64,000 bases of DNA from Bradymonadia bacterium (GTDB lineage Bacteria > Myxococcota_A > Bradymonadia > UBA7976 > UBA1532). The translations under genes were made by a program, and so were the position numbers. Shown here piece after piece: positions 19,192 through 29,790 of the stretch (within the stretch, counting starts at the first letter, position 1; every line of letters begins with the position of its first letter). The notes under the pieces were generated by a model. The model searched no databases. It was not told the DNA's origin and saw only the letters and a program-made list of their open reading frames with translations. The stretch is taken from NCBI GenBank assembly GCA_046290225.1, contig JBKAGE010000081.1, forward strand, positions 1 to 64,000. The letters are read 5' to 3'.

Positions 19192-20277
19192 TCAAACGTG
19201 GGCGCAGCGACCTTGCACGCTCAACCAGCCCTTTTGCCCTGGGGCCAGAGCCTCGGCGTCGAGGCCAGCGCGGAGAAGCTCCACCACGGGATACTCCATG
19301 GTCAGCGGTCCTGCGGGGGTATTCACGGTCAGGTGATAGCGGGCGCCTTCGAATCGGCGGCGGCGGATGGCTACAGGCACGCCGGCGCTCTCGCTCAGAG
19401 ACAGCTGAAGTTGCTCGGGGCGCACCACCACTGTGATGGCGCTCTGAGCGGCGTCGAGCAGTTGCACCGGCCCGAGGGGGGTTTGAGCTGAGTCACCTCG
19501 CCCCTCACCTTCGAGGAAGGCGGCTTCTCCGGTGAGGTTGGCCACAGTGGCTGTGCGGGGGTGGCGGTAGACCTGCTCCGGGGTGTCGAGCTGCAGGAGC
19601 GTAGAGGGCTGGCCTTCTCCGAGGGGCCCCAGCACCGCCACTTGATCCGCGAGGCCCAGGGCCTCTTCTCGGTCGTGGGTCACCAGCAGGGCGCCCACTC
19701 CCGTGGCGCCGAGCAAATCTTTGATCTCGGCGCCGAGGCGCATGCGCAGCGCCGCGTCGAGGTTGGCGAAGGGTTCGTCCAACAGCAGCAGCTTGGGCCT
19801 GGGGGCCAGGGCTCGGGCCAGAGCCACGCGCTGCTGCTGCCCACCAGAGAGAGCCGCCGGTCGGCGATCCCGGAGATCGCTCAAGCCCACCTGCTCGAGC
19901 ATCTCTTCCACACGGGGCGTGCGATCAGGACCCTTGGCCAGCCCAAAGGCCACGTTGTCGAAGACCGTCATGTGCGGAAACAGCGCGTAATCCTGAAACA
20001 CCATGCCCACGCCGCGACGTTCTGGAGGCAGCAAGGTTTTGCCGCCGTCGCACACACACTGCCCGCCGACGTCGATGGCGCCCACGGTGGGCTGAACGAA
20101 GCCTGCTGCGGCGCGGAGCAGGGTGCTCTTGCCCGAGCCGGAGACACCGAGCACCCCCATCATCGAGCCCGGGGCCAGGGTGAGGGAGACCCCCGTGAGC
20201 ACCTGGGGCCCCTTGGCGTAGGTATGGCCCAGATCCCGGCACGCCATCGCTGGCGTGTGCGTGTTCGCCTCAGGCAT
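19192..20277 (-). CDS. Fe3+ ABC transporter ATP-binding protein (FbpC-like)
   Basis: GVSGSGKST, VFQDYALFPH, LSGGQQQR, LLLDEPF, VTHD. Confidence 0.93.
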   Translation of the reverse strand: MPEANTHTPAMACRDLGHTYAKGPQVLTGVSLTLAPGSMMGVLGVSGSGKSTLLRAAAGFVQPTVGAIDVGGQCVCDGGKTLLPPERRGVGMVFQDYALFPHMTVFDNVAFGLAKGPDRTPRVEEMLEQVGLSDLRDRRPAALSGGQQQRVALARALAPRPKLLLLDEPFANLDAALRMRLGAEIKDLLGATGVGALLVTHDREEALGLADQVAVLGPLGEGQPSTLLQLDTPEQVYRHPRTATVANLTGEAAFLEGEGRGDSAQTPLGPVQLLDAAQSAITVVVRPEQLQLSLSESAGVPVAIRRRRFEGARYHLTVNTPAGPLTMEYPVVELLRAGLDAEALAPGQKGWLSVQGRCAHV

Positions 20278-21868
20278 GACGCCTCCACTTGAGCAGGAGC
20301 AGCTGGGCGGTGAGGGCCACTGCCAGCAAGATCAGCCCCGCGAGGCCCACGTCGGGGAGGGCGCTCTCGTTGCTGTGATCGAAAATGTGAAAAGCCAGAG
20401 TCTGCTGATGGCCGAGGGGGGCCAGCATCAGGGTGATGGGCAGCTCTTTCATCAGCGAGACGAAGACCAGCATCGAGCCCGCGGCGATGCTCGGCGACAG
20501 CGCCGGGAGGGCCACGGCCTTGAGCCGGCGCCAGGGCCCCGCGCCGAGGCTGCGGGCCGCCTCTTCTTGCCTGAGATCCATGGCCAGCACCCCAGGCTTG
20601 AGGGCGCCGTAGCCCTGAGCGAGGAAGCGCATGACATAGCCCAGCATCAAGAACACGCCCGCCGCTTCGAGGCCACTGCTCACGCCGTCACCGCCCTCGA
20701 AGGCCCTCAGCGCCGTGACCAGCTGCAGAATCCCGAAGGCCACCAGCACGCCGGGCACCGCGCTGGTGAGGTAGGTGCCATGCTCGATGATCGAAGCCAG
20801 GGGATCAGGGCTCCCTGGGCCCCGTGGCGGCCGCGCTGCGCGCCAGGCGGGCATCAGGGCCAGGGCGATGGTGAGGGCGGCCCCAACGCCGCTGAACAGC
20901 AGCGTGTTGAACACCGGGCCCCAAATCTCGGAGAACTCCACCCCGTAGTACAGCCCCTTGCCCAACCAGACCGAGAGGGCCACCACGGGGAGTATCACAC
21001 CGAAGCCGATGAGCAGCCCCTGGAGCAGCCATGTGCCCCAGAGCGGCAGGCCCGCGAGGGGGCTGCGGTCGCCAGCGCGGTGCACCACCACGCTCCGCTC
21101 TGCCTGCAGGCGCCCCTGGAGCCGCCGCGCCCCGATGAGCAGCGGGAGCACCACGACGATGAGGCCGAAGCCCATGACTACAGCGTCTTTGGCGTTGTAG
21201 TCCTGGGCTTGATACAGGGCCCAGGTGAGCACCTCGCAGTCGAGGATGGCCACGGCGCCGAAGTCGCTGATCACGTAGAGCATGACCAGCACCATGGCGA
21301 AGGACCACGCAGGCCTCAGGTGCGGCACGTACAGGGCGGTGAACCGTCGCCATGGGGAGGCGCCGAGGCTACGGGCGGCTTCTTCCACCGATTCGGGGAA
21401 CCGGCTCAGGGCCGCCCCCACCAACAAGTGCACATACGGCACACACGAGATGGTAAGCACCATCACCGCGGGCCAGAACCCGGTGAAGCGCCCCGTGAGG
21501 CCCAGGGGGGATCCGAGCCAGCCGTTGGGGGCGAAGACCTCGCGGATGATGGTGGCGAGCAGGTAGCTCGGCACGGCGAGGGGCAGCATCGACAGCACCC
21601 CGAGGATCGCCCGCCCTCGATACCGGGTGCGGTGCTCTACCCAGGCGAGCCACGTGCCCAACACCAGGCTGAGGGCGCACACGATGGCGGCGAGGGCCAG
21701 CGAGCGGCCCATCTGCGGCACAATGCGCTCGAAGCCGATGGGGGGCACGTCGAAGAGGCCCGGCGGGCGCTGCCAGGTGAGCACCATGCCGGCGAGTGGG
21801 AGCAGCACCAGCCCCAGAAGAGGCAGGGCGCCAAGGGTGGAGGGCGCCGGGCGCCGGGGAGAGATCAC
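20270..21868 (-). CDS. Fe3+ ABC transporter permease (FbpB-like)
   Basis: Two EEAARSLGA loops, many TM helices, PLAVPSY, KELP.TL.L.P. Confidence 0.92.
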   Translation of the reverse strand: MISPRRPAPSTLGALPLLGLVLLPLAGMVLTWQRPPGLFDVPPIGFERIVPQMGRSLALAAIVCALSLVLGTWLAWVEHRTRYRGRAILGVLSMLPLAVPSYLLATIIREVFAPNGWLGSPLGLTGRFTGFWPAVMVLTISCVPYVHLLVGAALSRFPESVEEAARSLGASPWRRFTALYVPHLRPAWSFAMVLVMLYVISDFGAVAILDCEVLTWALYQAQDYNAKDAVVMGFGLIVVVLPLLIGARRLQGRLQAERSVVVHRAGDRSPLAGLPLWGTWLLQGLLIGFGVILPVVALSVWLGKGLYYGVEFSEIWGPVFNTLLFSGVGAALTIALALMPAWRAARPPRGPGSPDPLASIIEHGTYLTSAVPGVLVAFGILQLVTALRAFEGGDGVSSGLEAAGVFLMLGYVMRFLAQGYGALKPGVLAMDLRQEEAARSLGAGPWRRLKAVALPALSPSIAAGSMLVFVSLMKELPITLMLAPLGHQQTLAFHIFDHSNESALPDVGLAGLILLAVALTAQLLLLKWRRHA

Positions 21869-21878
21869 GGGCGGGGGT

Positions 21879-23054
21879 TCACTTCATCAGCTCGAGCTTG
21901 TTGAGCACCGCGAGGGTCTTGGGCAGATCGATGAGGTGCTTCTGGTCCACCTGGACCAGCTTGTCGCTCAGCGGGGGCACGTTGGGGCTCAGGGCCACGC
22001 CGGGGCGGGTGGGGTACTCGTACACCTTCTCGGTGAAGTACTTCTGGGCCTGCTCGCTCACGAGGAAGCGCGCGAGCTTGAGGGCGGCCTCCTTTTTCTT
22101 GCTGCTGGCGAGCACGCCGGCGCCGGCCACCATCATGAGGTTGCCGGCGTCGCCCTTGGCGAAGCTGTGGTTGGCGGCCTTGAGGCTGGGATCAGCGGCC
22201 TTGAGCTTGTGCAGGTAGTAGTGGTTGACCCAACCGATGTCGATCTCGCCGCTGGAGACGGCCTTCACCTGAGGCGAGTTCTTGGGGTAGTGCACGGCCT
22301 CCTGGGCCTTCATGTCAGCGAGCCACTTCTCGGTGGCCTCTTCGCCCCACAGGTGGCGCAGGGCACTCACGTGGGCCTGGAAACTGCCGTTCTTGGGGGC
22401 CCAGCCGAGGCGACCCTTGTACTTGGCGTTGGGCAGATCTTTGAGGCTGGTGGGCAGGTCTTCGGGCTTGAACTTCTCGGGGTTGTAGACGAGCACCCGG
22501 GCGCGGCCGCTGGTGCCCACCCACTTGCCTCCGGCGTCGCGGAACTGCGGCTCGACCTGATCGAGCAGATCCTGGGGCAGGGCGTCGAAGATGCCCGCCT
22601 GGGCGAGCACACCGAGGTGGCCGGAGTCCTGAGCGAAGAACACGTCGGCGACGCCGTTGGCCCGCTCGGTGGCGATGGTGTTGGCGAGGGCCTGGGTGCT
22701 CTTGCCGTAGCGCACCTCGACCTTGATGCCGGTGCTGGCGGTGAACTGCTCGAAGAGGGGGGCTACGAGGCTGGCGCCGCGGCCGCTGTAGACCACGATG
22801 CTTTCGCCGCCCGCTGCGGCCTTGTCGTCGGCCTTGGGCGCTTCACCCTTGGCGTCGGCTGCTTTGGGATCAGCCTTGGGGGCGTCGGCCTTCTTTGTGT
22901 CACCCTTCTTTGCGTCGTTCTTGGTGGCGCTGGCGGCCTTGTCGTCGGTCTTGGGGGCATCGTCCTTCTTGCCGCAGCCGGTGAAGGAGGCGAGGGTGAC
23001 GGCGAGCAGGCCGGCCGTCATCAGGGGGCCACGGGGGCTCCGCAATGCGATCAT
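21879..23054 (-). CDS. Fe3+ ABC transporter substrate-binding lipoprotein (FbpA/FutA-like)
   Basis: FTGC lipobox, K/A/D-rich linker, VYSGR, ADVFFAQD, WVG.SGRARV, NHYY tandem tyrosines. Confidence 0.9.
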   Translation of the reverse strand: MIALRSPRGPLMTAGLLAVTLASFTGCGKKDDAPKTDDKAASATKNDAKKGDTKKADAPKADPKAADAKGEAPKADDKAAAGGESIVVYSGRGASLVAPLFEQFTASTGIKVEVRYGKSTQALANTIATERANGVADVFFAQDSGHLGVLAQAGIFDALPQDLLDQVEPQFRDAGGKWVGTSGRARVLVYNPEKFKPEDLPTSLKDLPNAKYKGRLGWAPKNGSFQAHVSALRHLWGEEATEKWLADMKAQEAVHYPKNSPQVKAVSSGEIDIGWVNHYYLHKLKAADPSLKAANHSFAKGDAGNLMMVAGAGVLASSKKKEAALKLARFLVSEQAQKYFTEKVYEYPTRPGVALSPNVPPLSDKLVQVDQKHLIDLPKTLAVLNKLELMK

Positions 23055-23380
23055 GGGGTCTTCTCCGAAGACAGGGTGCCTCGCGCCAAGGGCACCGGTT
23101 GTGGTTTGGGTGGCGCACTCTAGCAGCGAGATCGGGTGGGGGCCAGAGCTCTGGCATAGGTAAAGTCGCGTGGGGCGCGCCCCTTTCGGGGAAACCTCTT
23201 GCAATGAGGCTGCGGATCCATATCCTTTCGGACCGCTCATACTTCGGAGGCGTCCCTGGTCAGTGCCGGTGATGTCTTCGACAGATCTGTAGAGGTGTGG
23301 CCCTGATGTTGGGGTCCTCCGTCGGCTGATCTGGAATCCGACACACGACCGCCACAGAGCGGCGTGGAAAGGTAAGCGAG

Positions 23381-23995
23381 ATGTCGCGATTCACTGGCCC
23401 CCGCGTCAAGGTCATGCGTGCCATGGGCCTCGACCTGCCCGGTCTCTCCCGTAAGTCCATCGAGCGCCGCCCCTTCCCCCCCGGCGTGCACGGTGGCACC
23501 CGTCGCCGTAAAGAGTCGGTGCACGGCATGCAGCTCAAAGAGAAGCAGAAGCTGCGCTACAACTACGGCGTGAGCGAGCGCCAGATGCGCCGCTACGTGC
23601 TCGAGGCCCGTCGCAGCAAGGACGAGACCGGTTCGAAGCTCCTGGAGCTCCTCGAGCGTCGCCTCGACAACGTGGTGTTCCGGGCCGGCTACGCCCCCAC
23701 CATCCCCGCCGCTCGCCAGCTCATCAACCACGGCCACTTCCGCCTCAACGGCCGCAAGGCCAACGTGGCCTCGATCCGGGTGAAGTCCGGTGATGTGATC
23801 GCCCCCCGCGAGCGCAGCATGAAGGTCGCCGTGATCACCGAGTCCATGGAAGGCCTCCGCATCGCCCGCCCTGACTGGGCTTCGGTGGAAGCCAACAAGC
23901 TCGAGACCACCATCACCTCCCTGCCCGATCCCAACTCGGTGCCCTTCGAGGTCGATGTCCAGCTCGTGGTGGAGTACTACGCCAAGCGCCTCTGA
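23381..23995 (+). CDS. rpsD: 30S ribosomal protein S4 (cysteine-free, stand-alone)
   Basis: MSRFTGPR, PPGVHG, QLKEKQKLR..YG, LERRLDNVVFRAG, ARQLINHGH, VVEYY. Confidence 0.96.
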   Translation: MSRFTGPRVKVMRAMGLDLPGLSRKSIERRPFPPGVHGGTRRRKESVHGMQLKEKQKLRYNYGVSERQMRRYVLEARRSKDETGSKLLELLERRLDNVVFRAGYAPTIPAARQLINHGHFRLNGRKANVASIRVKSGDVIAPRERSMKVAVITESMEGLRIARPDWASVEANKLETTITSLPDPNSVPFEVDVQLVVEYYAKRL

Positions 23996-24251
23996 TGGCT
24001 CCGGGGCTCCGGCCCCGTGGGCGGCCGCCTGCGCTGCGATCCGCGGTGTCTGGGCGGCGCTTCCCTCCTCGACGATGCTTCCAGCATCGCCTGCGGGTGC
24101 ATCACCACCCAGACACCACGCCTCACAAAGGCATTTGCCGACGCAGTCGACCACCCTCGTGGCCTACGCCCCTCCGCGGTGCCCTCTGTGGCCTGGGTGG
24201 TTGGTGTAGAGGGGCTGGTGTGTATTTTTTTGTGGTTGAGGAGGTCTGGGT

Positions 24252-24533
24252 GTGAGTCTTTGGATGGTCGTTGCTGGGGTATATCTCGTCATGAGCGTGG
24301 TGAGCTTTGTAATGTACGCCTGGGACAAGCGCGCGGCGACGAAGGGGCACCGGCGTACGCCTGAGAAGACACTGCACTTGGTGGATCTGCTTGGCGGTTG
24401 GCCCGGAGGCTGGCTGGCCATGCGCACTGTGCGGCACAAGACCCAGAAGCGCTCGTTTCGGATGGTCTTCTGGGCCACGGTGGCACTTCATGTACTTGGG
24501 TGGGGCGGTGTGATTTGGTGGATGAGCACCTGA
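24252..24533 (+). CDS. DUF1294 small membrane protein
   Basis: YAWDKRAA, RRTPEKTLH, GGWPGG, RHKTQK. Confidence 0.9.
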   Translation: MSLWMVVAGVYLVMSVVSFVMYAWDKRAATKGHRRTPEKTLHLVDLLGGWPGGWLAMRTVRHKTQKRSFRMVFWATVALHVLGWGGVIWWMST

Positions 24534-24537
24534 GGGC

Positions 24538-26484
24538 TCAGCCCAGTGGCTGATCCTTCCAATGCTCATCTTCCGCCTTGCACTGCGCCTCGCCTTTGAG
24601 GTTGCGGAACCAGAACACATAGAGCCCCACAGCAGTCACCGCGGCGATGCTGCCGAAGATCCCCACCTTGCTCCAGTCGTGGAACACGAAGGCCATCGAG
24701 GCGATCAGCACACAGATCTGGAACGGCACCGCGCACAGCAACGCCAGCTTGTCGTTGCGCTTCTCGCGGGTGCGGCGGGCTTGCTCCTCCGTCGAAATCA
24801 GACCTGACTCCAGCACCTTGGCCCGGTAGCGGCTCCAGGCCCCCCAAGGGTCGATCTGAGCGCAGAAGCGCACCAGCACCGGCTCAGGTGTCGGCGCCGT
24901 GAGCAAGGTCACCGCCACCGCGCACAGCAGCGACGTGCCCAAAATCGTGGGGAACGACACGTACAGCGGCAGCTCCAGAACCGTGTTGAAGATCGGGGCC
25001 ACGATGATGCCCGCGGCGGTGCCGCCGGCGAAGCCGTAGCCGTTGAAGCGGGGCCAGTACCAGCGCAGGAACAGCGGCATGAACAGGCCCGCTCCAAGGC
25101 CCATGGTGATGAGATCCCAGATCTGGTTGATGTTGGGCACAATGGCCGCCAGGCCTACCCCGCCGACACACAGGCCCACCGTGGCCCAGCGAGAGACCCG
25201 CATCAGCTGCTCACCCGTCGCCGACGTGTTGATGTAGCTCTCGTAGATGTCTTTCACCACGTACGAGGCGCCGGCGTTGAGCGTGGAGTCGAAGGTGGAC
25301 ATCGCCGCGGCGATGAGGCCCGCGATCACGATGCCGCGTATGCCGTCGGGGAGCATCTGGGCCAGCACCGTGGGCAACACCTGCTCGGGATCATTGCTGA
25401 TGAGCTCGGCGCTGGCGCCACCCTGGGCCAGCAGGCTGTAACCCAGCACCACCAGACCCGCCACCATCGTCCAGCGGAAGATCGAGAGCACGATGCTCTC
25501 GAGGGTGAGCAGGCTGGCCTCGCGCTCAGAGCGGGCAGCGAAGAAGCGCTGGTCGGTGTAGCCGCCCACACCCCCCATACCTTCGATCATCGAGCGGCCG
25601 ATCCACATGATCACGCAGATGCCGAAGAAGTCGAAGATGGGGGCCCAGGCCTCGGGATTCTTCGCCGCCAGCATCGCCCCCGATCCCCCTGTGGGTGAGT
25701 CGAGGTTCAGGGTGAACATCCAGTCGGGCAGGTTGACCTCGGGGGCCAGGGCGAAGGCCTTGATGGTGACGTAGATCGCCGTGAAGGTGAGCAGCACCAT
25801 CTGCACCACGTCGGTGAAGACCACCCCGTAGAGCCCCGAAAGCAGCGTGTAGAACAGGCCGATGGCCACCATGAGGGTGGTGCACATCAGCTCCGCGGCC
25901 TCGATGGGGGGCATGCCGAAGGCGTCACCGATGCCTGCGGTCATCCCTGCCGTGGCCCCCAGCTCGTGCAGCGGGATGAAGGTGACCAGGAACTTTCCGG
26001 CCCCCTTGGAGAAGTAGATGATCATGCCCAGCGATAGGGTCACGTTGGCCACGGCGCTGAGCAGGTGGGCCGAGCGGCCCTGACGATCCGTGCCGAAGCG
26101 CAGCTTCATCCACTCTGCGCTGGTCATCACCCGGCTGCGCCGCAGCCACTTGCCCAGGAACACCATCAAGAAGGCCAGGGAGAGCCCCACGCCCCCGCGC
26201 ATCTCCACCAGAAACCCCTGGTAGCCCATGCCGAAGACCACCGCCACGATGATCATCGTGCCGCTCATGTCGAAGTTCGACGTCGCCGTGGAGATGCCCA
26301 GCACCCACCACGGAATCTTGTTGCCGCCGAGGAAGTAGTCCTCGAGGCCTTGAGAGGCCATCCGGCTCATGATGGCCCCAATGGCGGTGACCGCCACGAG
26401 GAAGCCCACGATGATGATGACGTCGATTGTGGCGAGGGCGGAGGGGGAGGCACCGGTCGTCAAGGCGCTTGTGGCTGTCTCCAT
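24538..26484 (-). CDS. Sodium:solute symporter family transporter
   Basis: DYFLGG..PWW, SGLYGVVFTDVVQ, QRFFAARSE, GLIAAAMSTFDS, WYWPRFN. Confidence 0.92.
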   Translation of the reverse strand: METATSALTTGASPSALATIDVIIIVGFLVAVTAIGAIMSRMASQGLEDYFLGGNKIPWWVLGISTATSNFDMSGTMIIVAVVFGMGYQGFLVEMRGGVGLSLAFLMVFLGKWLRRSRVMTSAEWMKLRFGTDRQGRSAHLLSAVANVTLSLGMIIYFSKGAGKFLVTFIPLHELGATAGMTAGIGDAFGMPPIEAAELMCTTLMVAIGLFYTLLSGLYGVVFTDVVQMVLLTFTAIYVTIKAFALAPEVNLPDWMFTLNLDSPTGGSGAMLAAKNPEAWAPIFDFFGICVIMWIGRSMIEGMGGVGGYTDQRFFAARSEREASLLTLESIVLSIFRWTMVAGLVVLGYSLLAQGGASAELISNDPEQVLPTVLAQMLPDGIRGIVIAGLIAAAMSTFDSTLNAGASYVVKDIYESYINTSATGEQLMRVSRWATVGLCVGGVGLAAIVPNINQIWDLITMGLGAGLFMPLFLRWYWPRFNGYGFAGGTAAGIIVAPIFNTVLELPLYVSFPTILGTSLLCAVAVTLLTAPTPEPVLVRFCAQIDPWGAWSRYRAKVLESGLISTEEQARRTREKRNDKLALLCAVPFQICVLIASMAFVFHDWSKVGIFGSIAAVTAVGLYVFWFRNLKGEAQCKAEDEHWKDQPLG

Positions 26485-26528
26485 CAGGGCTCCTCAGCGG
26501 GGTGTGGGGTGGTGTGGTCCGATCACCA

Positions 26529-27872
26529 CTACCACACTTGCCACACTGAATCGCAGAGGGTCTCCATGGCATGTCGGTGACGGGGGGCAGGCCTCTCGGC
26601 GACGAGCACACCACAGAGACGGACCTGTCTCGACGCTCTCATCTGCTCCAGACGACGACGGAGATCAGGCGGGCTGGTAAAGCGGCCGTCGCTGATCAGG
26701 AGAATGTCTGCCTGGGCCCAATGGGTCGTCGCCGCGACATCTTCCAAGGCAGCCCGAATGGCGGGCGTGATGTCCGTTGTGCCGGTGAAGGGGCGCTGTA
26801 GACAGCGCAACACGCCTTCAAAGCCCTCGGCGGTGAGGGCCAGCGGGTGGCGCTCGAGATCCCGAGGCCCTGAGAAAGCGTAGAGCATGCAGCGGCGGCG
26901 TTCTTCATGGGCCAGCTTCAACGCCGAGATGATCAGCGCCCTCGCTCGATCGGCTGGCTCACCGTGCATCGAGCCCGAACGGTCGAGGCAGATGATCACC
27001 GGTCCGCTCTCGTCCTTGGCGATGTGGGCTTCTGGTTGGTCCTGAGGGGTGTGTGTGCCTTCGATGCTTGGCAGATGAGCGCGATGGTGGGCCAGGAGTG
27101 CGCCGCTCGCACGCCGAGCGTGCCAGAGCAGTCTCAAGCGTGGATGCAGCAGCCCAATGGCCTCAGAGGGCAACATGCGCCCGGGATCATCGGTCCGGGT
27201 CAGGCCGTGCACCGTCGCCTGGGTCCGGACCTCGTGGTGGGGCCGTGAGGTGGTGGCTCGACTGAGCGCCTGCAGCAGGCCCGCCCCTGCTGCGACGGTC
27301 ACACCCTCGTGCCCTCGGCCCAGGCTGGCGAGCAGGCCCCGGAGCGCCCCGAGGGCCACCTGCGCGTCAGCGACGGCTTCGAGGGTGTGCCACACCCGTT
27401 GTTGGGCGAGCTGCACAGCCACCAGAGGGGACAGGCCGAGGGCTGCCGCTGCCCCATCGAGGGCCTGAGAGAGCGTGCGCCAGGCGTCGACCACAGGCTG
27501 CCACCGTCTGAGGAGCGCGGCTTGAGCCCGCTGCCGAGCCCACGCACGTTGCCATACTGAAGCCCCCGAGCTCTGGTGATAGAGCGACACCGCCCTCAGA
27601 TAGCTCTCGGTGATGGCGTTCGCCATGACGGGTTGCCCATGGGCGAGGGGCAGCACATCACTCAGCACGTGGTTGAGTCGGCGACGCAAGGGCGAGCCGG
27701 GCCAGCTGTGTGTGTTGCGATCTGTCGTGCCCTCGATGGCGCACTTGAAGAAGGCCGAAGTGGCCACCAGCCGAGCGGCGAGATCACCCTGTGGATGGGT
27801 GAGGGCTTGAGCCCAGACGCTCGGGCTCAAATCAGGTGGAGGCGTGACCCCACTGAACTCATCCGCCCACAT
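26529..27872 (-). CDS. ViaA-like VWA domain protein
   Basis: RMLPSE segment, MIDAS CLDRSGSMHG, GTTD, LISDG; probable start overlaps the end of the upstream ATPase gene. Confidence 0.82.
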   Translation of the reverse strand: MWADEFSGVTPPPDLSPSVWAQALTHPQGDLAARLVATSAFFKCAIEGTTDRNTHSWPGSPLRRRLNHVLSDVLPLAHGQPVMANAITESYLRAVSLYHQSSGASVWQRAWARQRAQAALLRRWQPVVDAWRTLSQALDGAAAALGLSPLVAVQLAQQRVWHTLEAVADAQVALGALRGLLASLGRGHEGVTVAAGAGLLQALSRATTSRPHHEVRTQATVHGLTRTDDPGRMLPSEAIGLLHPRLRLLWHARRASGALLAHHRAHLPSIEGTHTPQDQPEAHIAKDESGPVIICLDRSGSMHGEPADRARALIISALKLAHEERRRCMLYAFSGPRDLERHPLALTAEGFEGVLRCLQRPFTGTTDITPAIRAALEDVAATTHWAQADILLISDGRFTSPPDLRRRLEQMRASRQVRLCGVLVAERPAPRHRHAMETLCDSVWQVW

Positions 27873-29403
27873 CGTCTGCAGGATCGATGACGGCTGGCCC
27901 CAGCGGCATGTCGATGAAACCCGATCTGATTTCAGCGAGACGCTTGAGTGATTGCTCGAGGTGCCCCTGGCGGGTGTGCAGTTGCCGTGTGAGCTCTGAG
28001 ATGCGATCTGCGCCAAGCCAGAGGTGGTCATGGTGGGCGTTGGCCTCGGCCATGAGCGTGTGCACCTCGCCCATGGTCGACTTGAGGGTGCTGCGCAGGG
28101 CGTCGAGCTGGCGGAGTGCCTCTTGCTGCTCTCGACCTGTGAAACCACCAGGGGCCACGAGGGGGTCGTGATCACCCGTCTCCAGCGCCATGTTCTCCGG
28201 ATCGGCGAGATAGACCTGCAGCGGAATCCGCATGCCCTCCTGGTACACGAAGGCATGTTGCCCCACCTTCATGGCCATACGATGCAGCCCCTCTTCGGTG
28301 AGCACGCGTTGCTGCAGTCGGGGATCGTCACGCTCCACGTCAGGGGGAAGAAAGAGCGCATCACCCTGGGCTGTGGTGCGCTGTCTGGGCCCTCGGGCCT
28401 CGAGGGCCGGGCGGCCGTGCAGGTCGACGTAGAGAGGCTCGCCCTCCGGGCTCACCGCCTGCGTTGTGCGGCTGCGGGCCTGGGTGAGGCGCTCTGCCCA
28501 GGCTTCGAGGGCCGCGCCTGTGAGCGTCGTCGCCCCCCGGGCACCGAGTCGGTGGGCGTACCAATCGGCGATCAGACGTTGTGTCTGCTCGGTGTCGCCG
28601 ATGCAGTAGGGCAGCAGCACGCCCTCCCACACCGTGACCTCGCGCTGACCTTCGGTGAAGGCCGCCACTTTGAGCAGCCCCACGATTCGGTGCCAGCGGC
28701 GGTCGGAGACATAGATGCCTTCACTGTGCAGGTGCTGCCGAAGCGCGATCAGCAGATCCATCAGTGCTGGAGAGAGGGAGAGCTGGTTGGCCTCGGATTG
28801 AATCAGGGCAGGGGCATCGAGGGGCAGGGGAGCCACCGTGAGAGGGTTGCGAGGGGCGCCATGGGCGTCGATGAGGGTCGCGAAGCCTTCAGCGCTGATG
28901 GGCTCGAGACACAATCGCATCAGAAAACGATCAGCGAGCGCCTGAAGCGCTTCACCCTCAGGACGCTCGTTGCTGGCGCCGACGAGGGCGATGAGTGGGC
29001 ACTGCACCACTGAGGTGCCGTTGTGAAATATGCGCTCGTTGAGCAGAGAGAGCAGGCTGTTGAGCACCGCACTCCCCGATTTGAAAATCTCATCGAGGAA
29101 CCCCACATGGGCTGTGGGCAGGTAGCCTTCGATCTGTCGGCTGTACTCGTCGCGCTCCAGGGCCGAGAGGGCGTAGGGGCCAAACAGCTCTTCGGGTACG
29201 GTGAAGCGTGTGAGCAGTCGCTCGAAGCTTCGACCGTCTTCAAAGGCTGAGGTGAGTCTGCGGGCGAGCTCGCTCTTGGCGGTGCCCGGCGGACCGAGGA
29301 GCAGAGTGTGCTCGCCGGCGAGGGCGGCGAGCAGCGTGAGCTTGAGCGTGTGCGTACGTTCGACGAGACCCTCGCTGAGGCCCTGCACGAGGGCGTTCAG
29401 CAT
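27859..29403 (-). CDS. RavA-like MoxR AAA+ ATPase
   Basis: LLGPPGTAKSELARR, LLTRFTVPEELFGP, FLDEIFK, GASNE, ALADRF, VSDRRW. Confidence 0.88.
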   Translation of the reverse strand: MLNALVQGLSEGLVERTHTLKLTLLAALAGEHTLLLGPPGTAKSELARRLTSAFEDGRSFERLLTRFTVPEELFGPYALSALERDEYSRQIEGYLPTAHVGFLDEIFKSGSAVLNSLLSLLNERIFHNGTSVVQCPLIALVGASNERPEGEALQALADRFLMRLCLEPISAEGFATLIDAHGAPRNPLTVAPLPLDAPALIQSEANQLSLSPALMDLLIALRQHLHSEGIYVSDRRWHRIVGLLKVAAFTEGQREVTVWEGVLLPYCIGDTEQTQRLIADWYAHRLGARGATTLTGAALEAWAERLTQARSRTTQAVSPEGEPLYVDLHGRPALEARGPRQRTTAQGDALFLPPDVERDDPRLQQRVLTEEGLHRMAMKVGQHAFVYQEGMRIPLQVYLADPENMALETGDHDPLVAPGGFTGREQQEALRQLDALRSTLKSTMGEVHTLMAEANAHHDHLWLGADRISELTRQLHTRQGHLEQSLKRLAEIRSGFIDMPLGPAVIDPADDVGG

Positions 29404-29435
29404 GCCCTTCCAGGGCGTCGATGGCGTCGATGCGC

Positions 29436-29756
29436 TCAGTCCTGACCCTCCACGAGCTCGACCAGGGACTGCACACGGCGGTGACACTCGATGGGGTGAC
29501 GCAGATGGCGCTGACGGTGGACCGTATAGCGATTACGCCGGCCTTCTTTGATGATCTCGATGTATCCACCCTCGTGCAGGTCGTGCACGATGCGCTGTAC
29601 CGCCCTCTCAGTCACGCCCACCGACACGGCGACATCCCGTAAACGCACTTCGGGATCCTTCGCCAGGCACAGCAGCACATGGGCGTGGTTGGTGAGAAAG
29701 GTCCAGCCCGAGGGCCGATCCTGGGCCTTTGTCTTCGAGGCGTCATCTTGGCTCAT
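29436..29756 (-). CDS. Winged helix-turn-helix transcriptional regulator
   Basis: WTFLTNHAHVL, RLRDVA..VGVTERAVQRIV, GRRNRY, LRHPIE. Confidence 0.88.
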   Translation of the reverse strand: MSQDDASKTKAQDRPSGWTFLTNHAHVLLCLAKDPEVRLRDVAVSVGVTERAVQRIVHDLHEGGYIEIIKEGRRNRYTVHRQRHLRHPIECHRRVQSLVELVEGQD

Positions 29757-29790
29757 GTGCCGGTTATACAAGCCTGTAGTGCACAGGACA

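Noticed and set aside
23055..23380. Cobalamin or other riboswitch, or Fur/Zur box, ahead of the ABC operon
   Set aside because: I could not find the conserved motifs by eye; needs an Rfam scan
27873..28256. Extended N-terminus of the VWA ORF
   Set aside because: Overlaps the ATPase in another frame; ATG 27872 near the ATPase stop is more plausible
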